Assembly: GCA_964609765.1 (NCBI GenBank)
Contig: CAZSSD010000001.1
Span: forward strand, 45,282-109,281
Direction: 5' to 3'
DNA from: an uncultured Candidatus Saccharibacteria bacterium
GTDB lineage: Bacteria; Patescibacteriota; Doudnabacteria; UBA920; 2-02-FULL-46-11
Length of the DNA: 64,000 nt
This document shows, piece after piece, positions 46,092 to 54,577 of the stretch. The notes under the pieces were generated by a model that was given only the letters and a program-made list of their open reading frames with translations, did no database searches and was not told the origin of the DNA. How positions within the stretch are numbered: position 1 is the first letter of the stretch; every line of letters starts with the position of its first letter. The position numbers and the translations under genes were made by a program.

Positions 46092-46165
46092 TCCGGGATC
46101 GTCTAACGGCAGGACACCACCCTTTGGAGGTGGGTATCTTGGTTCGAATCCAAGTCCCGGAACCA
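46092..46165 (+). tRNA. tRNA-Gln (anticodon UUG), CCA encoded
   Basis: Acceptor TCCGGGA/TCCCGGA. D-arm GTCT-AACGGCA-GGAC. Anticodon stem CCACC/GGTGG with loop CTTTGGA. T-arm CTTGG-TTCGAAT-CCAAG. Discriminator A plus CCA. Confidence 0.8.
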
Positions 46166-46168
46166 TAA

Positions 46169-46198
46169 AAAAACACCATCTAGAGATGGTGTTTTTTA
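46169..46198. terminator. bidirectional terminator (ACACCATCT-aga-GATGGTGT plus TTTTTT)
   Basis: Hairpin followed by a T-run on the + strand and an A-run on the other side. Abuts the end of the minus-strand gene at 46196. Confidence 0.6.
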
Positions 46199-46801
46199 GT
46201 GCTCGGTTAGTTTCCCGGCTTCGATTTCGATAGGATCAGCCGGGCGCAAATTGCGAATTTGCTTTGGCGTCAAAATGGGATAATGAGGACAGGCGTCAAG
46301 ATCATCGGAAATATGCCAGAGATGCTCTTTGGCCATGATCCAGCCTACGCCATATTTGCGTAAGTCAAAAGGGCGCGAGAAGGAGCGCATCGTTTTATGG
46401 CCGGTATTTAAAAAATATTCATGAAAATAAGACATGGCTAGCTCGCGCATAGTCTTGTAAACCGGTTCCCGATAGCGCAACACGGCATGATTGGTTTTGC
46501 TGATAGCGCCCCAGCCATTATCTTCCTTAAAAAGGGCCACCACATGCTCTAAATCATTGTTGCTGGTTTTTAAATCCAAAAGCAGCGGTTTTCGGCCATG
46601 GTACCAGAGCGCGGCCGCTGCCAAGAGGGCGCCTTCCAGACATTGAGCCTTGTTTTTTTGAAAGACCAGCAGGGGAGAGTAAACGGTGTGTCCGTGCCTT
46701 TCAAAGTTGATGGGGAGTTTGTTCAAAAAGTCTTGGATTTTGCGCGGCGTGTTCAGGCTTTTAAGATTTTTAGCCAACCCTTCGTCAAGTTTTTGTTTCA
46801 T
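46196..46801 (-). CDS. hypothetical protein with a possible papain/transglutaminase-like Cys-His fold
   Basis: QCLEGALLAAAAL (candidate catalytic Cys) and a downstream DLEHVVALF (candidate His). The assignment is tentative. Confidence 0.45.
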   Translation of the reverse strand: MKQKLDEGLAKNLKSLNTPRKIQDFLNKLPINFERHGHTVYSPLLVFQKNKAQCLEGALLAAAALWYHGRKPLLLDLKTSNNDLEHVVALFKEDNGWGAISKTNHAVLRYREPVYKTMRELAMSYFHEYFLNTGHKTMRSFSRPFDLRKYGVGWIMAKEHLWHISDDLDACPHYPILTPKQIRNLRPADPIEIEAGKLTEH

Positions 46802-46922
46802 ATTTAAGCCTCTTTCTAATTATAGCCCATCTTTTGTGTAAAAGTCTTTAACAGCCCCTAAATGTGGTGTAGACGCAGGGTGTGGGCTTTGCTAGTATAA
46901 GCAGGTAATAAAGCTTCAACAT

Positions 46923-47336
46923 ATGAACATCAAGGATCAAAAATTTTGGGGAAGCATTATAGCGCTCGCCATTATCCTGGGCGGCATTGTTTACTTTGCC
47001 GACCAGAACCGCAATTACGACGCTGCTGATAACGGTGACAAGAATGACTCTCAATCCCTTAGTGGCGATGAAGCCTCGTCAGCGGAAATTCAGTATAAAG
47101 TTGACCAAGAGGATGCCGGCAAAACAGCCCTGGAACTTTTGAAAGCCAAGTATACTGTTGAGACCAAGGAGTTTGCCGGGTTGGGCGAGTTTGTTACTGC
47201 CATCAACGGCGTGGCGGCCGACGACAAGCATTTCTGGGCTTTTTACATCAATCAAGAAATGGCCCAGGTTGGCGCCAGCCAATATGCGGCTAAATACGGC
47301 GATCAGATTGTCTGGAAACTGGAGGAAATTAGATAA
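46923..47336 (+). CDS. hypothetical exported/anchored protein (137 aa)
   Basis: N-terminal TM/signal segment, then an acidic region. Confidence 0.45.
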   Translation: MNIKDQKFWGSIIALAIILGGIVYFADQNRNYDAADNGDKNDSQSLSGDEASSAEIQYKVDQEDAGKTALELLKAKYTVETKEFAGLGEFVTAINGVAADDKHFWAFYINQEMAQVGASQYAAKYGDQIVWKLEEIR

Positions 47337-47338
47337 AC

Positions 47339-47866
47339 ATGAATTCATTGGCCTACTTTCTAATTCTGTTGGGCGCGATTTTGCGTATTTTGCCGCACCC
47401 CGGGAATTTTGCGCCGATTGCCGCCATCGCTTTGTTCGGCGGCGTTTATTTGTCTAAGAAGCACGCGCTTTGGCTGCCTCTCTTGGCCATGTTTTTGTCC
47501 GACATTTTTATTGGTTTTGATTCACTGGGTTCGCGTTTGATTGTTTATGGCTCTTTTTTACTGGTCGGGCTGATCGGGCTCTGGATCCGCGAAAATAAAA
47601 GCGTCGGCCGAGTGGCGGGGGGCACCCTTCTCGGCTCTTTGGTGTTTTATTTAATTACTAATTTTGCCTATCTGTATCCGCCAACCATGTATAGCCATGA
47701 CTTGAACGGGGTGGTCGCTTCCTACATCAATGCGCTGCCTTTTTTCCGTAATTCTCTATTCGGCGATCTGTTTTACGTCGGTGTGTTATTTGGCGCTTAT
47801 GAACTGGTTGTTTTTTATAAAACCAAAAGAGCGAGCCGGGGAGTTGAGATGGAGATCCATGGCTAA
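47339..47866 (+). CDS. polytopic membrane protein, possibly an ECF-transporter S-component-like protein
   Basis: About 5 TM helices in 175 aa, with an HPGNFAPIAAIALFGG motif. Functional call is weak. Confidence 0.4.
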   Translation: MNSLAYFLILLGAILRILPHPGNFAPIAAIALFGGVYLSKKHALWLPLLAMFLSDIFIGFDSLGSRLIVYGSFLLVGLIGLWIRENKSVGRVAGGTLLGSLVFYLITNFAYLYPPTMYSHDLNGVVASYINALPFFRNSLFGDLFYVGVLFGAYELVVFYKTKRASRGVEMEIHG

Positions 47867-48488
47867 ATCAAAATACACTAAGATTGCCGTTTTTGGCGAC
47901 AGTATTGCCTGGGGCAAAGGTGACACGGAATTGGGCGGTTGGGTTAACCGCCTAAAAATTGAACTCAACCGCCGAAACAGCTATTGCGAAGTGCTGGATG
48001 TTTGTGTACCGGGCGACACTACCCGCAATCTTTTAGCCCGTTTTGAGAGCGAAACAGCGGCCAGGTCGCCCGACATAGTTATCTTCGCGATCGGTATCAA
48101 CGACAGCCAATATATAAAAACACCCGACCGTTTTAAGGTGCCGCCGGACGAGTTTGCCGGAAACATCAAGACGCTTATCGGTCTGGCTCGAAAGTCCACA
48201 AATACTATTGGCATAGTCGGTTTGAGCCGGGTTGACGAATCAAAAACGTGTCCCATTTATTCGACCAGCTGCTACTACACTAATGAGAATGTCAAAAAAT
48301 ACGATCAGATTTTGGCCGAGGCCGCTTCGGCGCAAGGCATCCTTTTTATACCCCTATTCGACATTATCGGGCCGGCAGACCTCCCTGACGGTCTGCACAT
48401 TGCCGCCGCCGGCCATCAGAAAATTAGCGACCAGGTAAAAATGGCGCTGCTGGCGCAATTTCCAAATCTTTTGTATACTAGTGACTAG
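47859..48488 (+). CDS. SGNH/GDSL-family hydrolase
   Basis: IAVFGDSIAWG (GDS block I) and a C-terminal DGLHIAAAGHQKI (DxxH block V). GGAGAT RBS before ATG 47859. Confidence 0.7.
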   Translation: MAKSKYTKIAVFGDSIAWGKGDTELGGWVNRLKIELNRRNSYCEVLDVCVPGDTTRNLLARFESETAARSPDIVIFAIGINDSQYIKTPDRFKVPPDEFAGNIKTLIGLARKSTNTIGIVGLSRVDESKTCPIYSTSCYYTNENVKKYDQILAEAASAQGILFIPLFDIIGPADLPDGLHIAAAGHQKISDQVKMALLAQFPNLLYTSD

Positions 48489-48491
48489 TTT

Positions 48492-50150
48492 ATGGCCGTA
48501 CGCAAAGTAAAGAAAAGCAAAGACAAACCAAAGTATATTTTCGTTGTCGGCGGAGTGATGTCCAGTGTCGGCAAGGGCGTGGCCGCCGCCGCTATCGGCA
48601 AAATACTCCAAGCCAGAGGCTTTCGGGTGGCCAACCTGAAAGCCGATATGTATTTAAATGTGGATGCGGGCACTATTCGCCCGGCCGAGCACGGCGAAGT
48701 TTTTGTGGGCGAAGACGGCATTGAGGCTGACCAGGATTTGGGCAACTACGAGAGGTTCACTGGCCAGGCTTCCACTAAAGACGACTACATTACCAACGGC
48801 CAAATATATCATGAGCTGATCCGGCGCGAGCGCAATCTTGAATTCGCCGGCGAAGATGTTGAGATTGTGCCGCATGTGCCGCTTGAGATTATCCGGCGCA
48901 TCGAGCAGTGCCAAAAAAAGAACAAGGCGGAAATTACAATTGTCGAGCTCGGGGGCACCGTGGGCGAATACCAAGTCCTGCTTTTTTTGGAAGCGGCCCG
49001 CATCATGAAGGCCAGGCAGCCGGCCGACGTCGCTTTTGTTTTGGTAAGCTACTTGCCAACACCCAGTCTTTTGGGCGAGCAAAAATCGAAGCCAACCCAA
49101 TACGCCATACGCACGTTGAACTCGGCTGGTATTAACCCCGACTTTATTATTTGTCGAGCGGAAAAGCCGGTGGCCGAAAACATTAAGCGTACCATTAGCA
49201 CGGTTTGTAGCCTGCCGGCCGAACGCATTATTTCGGCGCCCGACGTCTACTCAATCTATGACGTGCCCCTGATTTTTGACGATCAGAAACTCGATCAAAA
49301 CATTCTTGAACTATTGGGACTAAAGCCTCGCCGGAAAGATTTGGCGGATTGGCGAAAGTTGTCGCGCAAGGTTAGAAATTTGCCAAAGGAAGTGGCCATC
49401 GGCATTGTTGGTAAGTACTTTAATTTTAAATCGGCCAAGGATACTTATATTTCCGTGATCGAAGCTATTCAACACGCGGCTTGGTCGGTTAACCGCAAGC
49501 CCAAAATTGTTTGGCTTGACTCGGAAAAGTACGAGCGCGAGCCCGCGCTTTTAAAGGAATTGAATGATTTCGGCGGTATTATTGTGCCGGGAGGTTTTGG
49601 GGTTCGAGGCGTTGAGGGAAAAATTAAGGCCATCAACTATTGCCGAAAAAATAAAATTCCATATTTCGGATTATGTTACGGCATGCAGTTGGCCGTAATT
49701 GAATACGCGCGCGCTGTTTTGAAGCTGAAGGATGCCCACACCAGTGAGGTTGACGCGCACGCGCGCCATCCGGTCATAGACGTCATGCCCGAGCAAATTG
49801 AGAAGCTGGCTAAAAAAACGTACGGCGCAACCATGCGTTTAGGCGCCTACCCGGCCAACTTGCAGCCGGGCTCAACCGCGGCCAAGGCCTATCAGGCTCT
49901 CAAAATATCCGAGCGCCATCGGCATCGCTACGAAGTTAACCCAAAATATATTGAACGGCTGGAGAAGGCCGGGTTGGTGTTTTCCGGCAAATCGCCGGAC
50001 CGGATCCTCATGGAAATAGCTGAACTTCCCGCCAAAGCGCATCCTTTTTTCCTGGGCACTCAATTTCACCCGGAATTCAAGTCTCGGCCTCTGGCGCCCC
50101 ACCCCTTATTTTTGGCATTTGTTAAGGCCGCTATAAGAAAAAATGTCTAA
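48492..50150 (+). CDS. pyrG: CTP synthase
   Basis: N-terminal YIFVVGGVMSSVGKGV and a C-terminal glutamine-amidotransferase region (GLCYGMQLAVIE). Confidence 0.92.
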   Translation: MAVRKVKKSKDKPKYIFVVGGVMSSVGKGVAAAAIGKILQARGFRVANLKADMYLNVDAGTIRPAEHGEVFVGEDGIEADQDLGNYERFTGQASTKDDYITNGQIYHELIRRERNLEFAGEDVEIVPHVPLEIIRRIEQCQKKNKAEITIVELGGTVGEYQVLLFLEAARIMKARQPADVAFVLVSYLPTPSLLGEQKSKPTQYAIRTLNSAGINPDFIICRAEKPVAENIKRTISTVCSLPAERIISAPDVYSIYDVPLIFDDQKLDQNILELLGLKPRRKDLADWRKLSRKVRNLPKEVAIGIVGKYFNFKSAKDTYISVIEAIQHAAWSVNRKPKIVWLDSEKYEREPALLKELNDFGGIIVPGGFGVRGVEGKIKAINYCRKNKIPYFGLCYGMQLAVIEYARAVLKLKDAHTSEVDAHARHPVIDVMPEQIEKLAKKTYGATMRLGAYPANLQPGSTAAKAYQALKISERHRHRYEVNPKYIERLEKAGLVFSGKSPDRILMEIAELPAKAHPFFLGTQFHPEFKSRPLAPHPLFLAFVKAAIRKNV

Positions 50151-50274
50151 ATAGCCGTTGAGGCGCGCTTTTACAACAAAACCCCCTTTGGGGGCTTTTT
50201 TGTTGTGATAAGAGTCCAAGTATGAATGTTTGAATTTTTTAGACAATTATGGTGCGCTGGACACGCAAAACTAA

Positions 50275-51750
50275 ATGAGCAACGCATATTTGAACGATTT
50301 GACCGGCTTTTTTGAATATACATTAACTCCCATGTCTTTTTCACTCGTAACTTTTATTTTAGCCGTTGGTTTTGGCGCCGCGGCCCTTTTATTATTAGTT
50401 AATTTATACCGCAACGGATTTTTGCGGGGAAATATTCTTGGCGTAGCGGTCTCGGTGGTATTTCTGGCGACGGCGATCACATTTTTTTCACACATTTTTT
50501 TGACGCAAAGCAGCGGTTTTTCTTATTGGCTTTATGTTTCGGTAAATATTTTGCTAGCCATGGCCATCTATGGATTTATTCTTTTAAGCCTGAAAAGCCG
50601 CTTTGTGATCGGCGGTTACCACGCCCTGGCGGCGGCCCGCAAAGCTCTGGCCCAGCACGAAAGATGGATGCAAATTATGCAGGAGAGCATGACAGACGGC
50701 CTGGCCGTTTTTTCCACTAACGGCAATTTACTTTATATCAATCCGGCCGCTCTGAACCTTTTGGCCGTATCGGAAACCACGATGACGAGAAGGGCGAATA
50801 TGATGTTCGGGATTGGCTACAAAACCGATCTGGAGATCGCGGATTTCAAATTGCGGGTCTTAAAAAAACATGAGGTTAAAAGCCAAATAGTTATGAATGC
50901 CGGTACCGAACACGAAAAGGTGGTGGAAGTTAAACTTTCGCCGGTCATCAGTAAGTTGCGCAGAGTGATTGCGATCACGGCAACTTATCGCGACGTCACG
51001 GAATTGTATGAGCTCGAGCGCGCTAAGCAAGAATTCATTCAGATTGCCAGCCACGAATTAAGGACGCCCTTGACCGCCGTGCGCGGCTACCTCTCGCTTT
51101 TGCAGATGGATCGCTATGGTAAACTATCGGCCAAACAGCGCGAACTAATCGACAAGGCTTTTTTCGCCTCGGCCAGACTCTCGAAACTCGTCGATAATCT
51201 GCTGGTCGTCGCCCGCATCGAAGAGAACCGGGTTGTTTTTATGCCGGAGCTGGTCGACTTGGACAAAATCGTAGATACGGTCGTGCAGGAGTTAGCCGGG
51301 GAGGCTGATCGCTGTTCTATTAATTTGCGCCGGCTGACAAATGTGAAAAAACTACCGGAAATTTTAGCCGATAAAGAAAAATTGGAACAAATTATCACTA
51401 ATTTGGTCGGGAATGCCATTAAATATACGCCAGCCGGCGGACATATTTTCGTGGAAACACGGCTTAAAAATGGTAATATAGAGTTAAGTGTCAGTGACAC
51501 GGGCGTGGGGATTGCCAAGAGTGACCTGGTAAAATTATTCCGCAAATTTGAGCGTATCAAAAATCAGCGTTCCGTACAGGTTGGCGGTTCCGGCCTGGGC
51601 CTGGTCATTGTTAAGTCTTTTACGGAAATGCATGGCGGCAAGGTTACGGTCAGTTCAAGCGAAGGGCACGGCAGTATTTTTACGATTATTTTGCCGGTTA
51701 AAACCTCGGTCCGGCAGGACCAGCCCATACATCTAAGCGATTATGCCTAA
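50275..51750 (+). CDS. membrane sensor histidine kinase with a PAS-like region
   Basis: N-terminal TM helices. H-box SHELRTPLTAVRGY. N/G boxes (LVGNAIKYT; GGSGLGLVIV). Confidence 0.8.
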   Translation: MSNAYLNDLTGFFEYTLTPMSFSLVTFILAVGFGAAALLLLVNLYRNGFLRGNILGVAVSVVFLATAITFFSHIFLTQSSGFSYWLYVSVNILLAMAIYGFILLSLKSRFVIGGYHALAAARKALAQHERWMQIMQESMTDGLAVFSTNGNLLYINPAALNLLAVSETTMTRRANMMFGIGYKTDLEIADFKLRVLKKHEVKSQIVMNAGTEHEKVVEVKLSPVISKLRRVIAITATYRDVTELYELERAKQEFIQIASHELRTPLTAVRGYLSLLQMDRYGKLSAKQRELIDKAFFASARLSKLVDNLLVVARIEENRVVFMPELVDLDKIVDTVVQELAGEADRCSINLRRLTNVKKLPEILADKEKLEQIITNLVGNAIKYTPAGGHIFVETRLKNGNIELSVSDTGVGIAKSDLVKLFRKFERIKNQRSVQVGGSGLGLVIVKSFTEMHGGKVTVSSSEGHGSIFTIILPVKTSVRQDQPIHLSDYA

Positions 51751-52108
51751 GAATATTCAAAAAAATATTTTATTGATTGAAGACGACGTCTTGCTTTCGG
51801 AAATGTATGCCATGGTTTTGCAAGATGAGGGTTTTAAGGTCAGCCAGGTTAGAGACGGCAGGGCCGCCATTGCCAAAGATACGCATGACGTGGATTTGGT
51901 TTTGCTTGATATTCGCATACCCGAAGTGGATGGTTTGGAAGTTTTGCGTTTTTACCGGCAGAAAGGATTTAAGAAACCCATTCTGGTTTTGACTAACAGT
52001 CCGCAGGTTAACCTGACGCAAGCCCTTGAGCTCGGCGCCGACGGCTTTATGATTAAAAGCCATACCGATATCGATGAAGTGTTGCGAGTGATATACAAGC
52101 ACATCTAA
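51743..52108 (+). CDS. stand-alone response regulator receiver domain (CheY-like)
   Basis: ILLIEDD...LVLLDIRIPEVDG...LTNS; 121 aa with no output domain. Confidence 0.8.
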   Translation: MPKNIQKNILLIEDDVLLSEMYAMVLQDEGFKVSQVRDGRAAIAKDTHDVDLVLLDIRIPEVDGLEVLRFYRQKGFKKPILVLTNSPQVNLTQALELGADGFMIKSHTDIDEVLRVIYKHI

Positions 52109-52207
52109 CCAAACATAAAAGCTAAAGTTCAAATTGCAGAACTGACGGATCTACTGGACTCTGGTTAGGCCGGGGTTAAATTTGTTATAATAAACATAAG
52201 CATTTAC

Positions 52208-52624
52208 ATGAAACCCAAAACAAAAACAAAAGGCTTTGCCATTATTGATACTATCGTCGCTATTGCTTTAGTCGGTCTGGCGACGATTGTGGTGGGTTTG
52301 ATTTATCCGGGCATGCGCATTTCCGAGCAGAGCCTGGCTCGGGTGCGCGCTTTAAGCATAGCCGAAAAGAAAATGGAAGAATTAAAAGCCGCGCAGTTCG
52401 AGGCTTTAGCCCTCGCCGCCAATACCGCTTTTTCGGATGCTGATTTAAACAAGTTAAAAAACGGATCAGCCCTTTACTCGGTGACGGCCCATGACGGCGA
52501 TAATGACGGCAATGTTGAGAATGATCTTAAAAAAATAACCGTGACGGTGAACTGGACTTATCAAAGTGAGAGTAAGGCTGTGACTCTAAATAGTTTGGTC
52601 AGTAAATATGGTTTGGCAAAGTAA
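52208..52624 (+). CDS. type IV pilin / pseudopilin (prepilin N-terminal methylation motif)
   Basis: KGFAIIDTIVAIALVGL: class III signal peptide plus a hydrophobic helix. Confidence 0.65.
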   Translation: MKPKTKTKGFAIIDTIVAIALVGLATIVVGLIYPGMRISEQSLARVRALSIAEKKMEELKAAQFEALALAANTAFSDADLNKLKNGSALYSVTAHDGDNDGNVENDLKKITVTVNWTYQSESKAVTLNSLVSKYGLAK

Positions 52625-53189
52625 GATAGAGAATACTAAAAATGGTTTTACTTTGGTCGAGGTGTTGGTTGTGATTGTCTTGCTTGGCATTATTGTCATT
52701 GGCGTGAGCGGCCTTTACCTTGGGCAGATTAGATTGACTGGCAATGAGTTTAAAGAGAGCGAAGTTGAAATCAAAACGGCCGCTGTTTTAAACGATATTT
52801 TCCGTATTGCCAACCAGGCCACCACCATACTTGCGTCCGCGACCATTAATAGCAATAACTACCTAACTGGCCCCAACACGGTGGTGCTTTCCCTGCCCAG
52901 TCTTGACGGGGCCAACAACGCCATTGAAGGTTCTGATGACATTTTAGTATACCGAAAAAATGCCGGTAGCGACCTGGAGCTGATTATTGATCCCGCGGCC
53001 GGGAGCAGCCGGACGGCGGGCGCTAAGATTATGCTTAGCGACATCGCCGATCTTGAGTTTGGCTATGAAAACGAATTAGATCCGGTTCAAAGCGGGTGGC
53101 TAAACGTTAAGATCAGCCAAAATGTGGAACTTTCAACAGGCAGCAAAAGTCTTGACCTGACTTACACTATTGTCTTGAAAAATAAATAA
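52608..53189 (+). CDS. type IV pilin / pseudopilin
   Basis: NGFTLVEVLVVIVLLGIIV prepilin motif. Confidence 0.65.
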   Translation: MVWQSKIENTKNGFTLVEVLVVIVLLGIIVIGVSGLYLGQIRLTGNEFKESEVEIKTAAVLNDIFRIANQATTILASATINSNNYLTGPNTVVLSLPSLDGANNAIEGSDDILVYRKNAGSDLELIIDPAAGSSRTAGAKIMLSDIADLEFGYENELDPVQSGWLNVKISQNVELSTGSKSLDLTYTIVLKNK

Positions 53190-54479
53190 ATGGATTTACG
53201 ATATAGGCCAGCACAGAGAGGATATGCCACTTTGATCGCCGTGGTTTTTGTGAGCATTATGCTGATAATCGCCCTGGGCTTTTTAAATTATGTTTTTTCA
53301 GCGCGCAAATCGGCAGTTAATATCACGAGTGGTGTTCAGGCGCGCTATCTCGCCGAAACGGGATTAGAGAAGGCAGTTTGGCAGTTAAACCAGGATGATG
53401 GCTTTGCCGGAGAAAGCGCTGTTGACTTTGGCGGCGGCCAGTATACAACCGTCATTACGGCCGTCGATAGCAACACTAAAAAAGTTGCGGCCACGGGCGC
53501 GGTGCCCAGTTTTAATTCAAATCGTTCCATTCAGCAAAGTTTATCGGCCCTGGTCAGCATTGATAAAAATTTAATTGCTTTTAATTACGCCGTTCAAGTG
53601 GGTGAGGGCGGTTTTCATCTCGAAAACAATGCCACCATTGAGGGCAACATTTATGCCAACGGCGCCATTATCGGAACGGGCGGAAACATTATCACGGGCG
53701 ACGCTATCTCTGCCGGCAATAATGGTAAAATAGAGGGCGGCAACGGTGCCAACAAAATTCAAGTTACGGGCCATGCGCGCGCCAAAGAGTTAAAAAATTG
53801 CCAGGTGGGGGGTAATGGCTATTATCAAATCATTAGCAGCTGTACAATTGGCGGGACCGCCAGTCCGGGCTCGCCCAATCCGGAAACGCGTGATTTGCCG
53901 GTAACCACAGAGCAAATCAATCAATGGAAGGCCGACGCAGAAGCGGGCGGCATCAATAACGGCGATCTGACCATTAACAATAATGCGACTTTGGGCCCGA
54001 AAAAAGTAGCCGGTAATTTAGTGGTTGGCAGTAATGTGACCCTCACCTTAACGGGACGGGTCTGGGTGACAGGGCAGATAACCATGAATAACGGCGCCAT
54101 TTTGGAGTTAACTGAATCTTACGAGGATGATTCCGAAGTTATTTTGGCTGACGGCAGAATTGTCATCAATAACAATGTCGTCATTCGCGGTACATCAGAT
54201 CCCGAGAGTTATATAATTGTGCTGTCGGAATCAAGTTCATTGGATCAAAATTCGCCGGCCGTAGACGTCAATAATAATACTTCGTCGGCGCTTTTTTATG
54301 CGCGGTTTGGCGTGGTAAGATTGCGTAATAATGTTGAGATTGCCGCGGTCACGGCAAATAAGGTCTGGATGGATCAAAATGTGAACTTGGTTTATAGCGC
54401 GGGCTTGGCCGACGCGTCGTTTAGCTCGGGGCCGGGCGCCGCTTGGGCTTTTGCGCCCGGCACTTATGTTAGTGAATGA
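53190..54479 (+). CDS. PilX-like minor pilin / large pilus-associated protein with beta-helix-like repeats
   Basis: N-terminal hydrophobic helix (YATLIAVVFVSIMLIIALGF) followed by G/N-rich repetitive segments. Confidence 0.5.
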   Translation: MDLRYRPAQRGYATLIAVVFVSIMLIIALGFLNYVFSARKSAVNITSGVQARYLAETGLEKAVWQLNQDDGFAGESAVDFGGGQYTTVITAVDSNTKKVAATGAVPSFNSNRSIQQSLSALVSIDKNLIAFNYAVQVGEGGFHLENNATIEGNIYANGAIIGTGGNIITGDAISAGNNGKIEGGNGANKIQVTGHARAKELKNCQVGGNGYYQIISSCTIGGTASPGSPNPETRDLPVTTEQINQWKADAEAGGINNGDLTINNNATLGPKKVAGNLVVGSNVTLTLTGRVWVTGQITMNNGAILELTESYEDDSEVILADGRIVINNNVVIRGTSDPESYIIVLSESSSLDQNSPAVDVNNNTSSALFYARFGVVRLRNNVEIAAVTANKVWMDQNVNLVYSAGLADASFSSGPGAAWAFAPGTYVSE

Positions 54480-54577
54480 TTACATAGACAAGAAGTCCGA
54501 ATGCCCTATGATATAATAACCAATTCAGTTTCTAGCACTCTATTGACTGGAGTGCCAGAAGGCCATAAAATAGTCAT

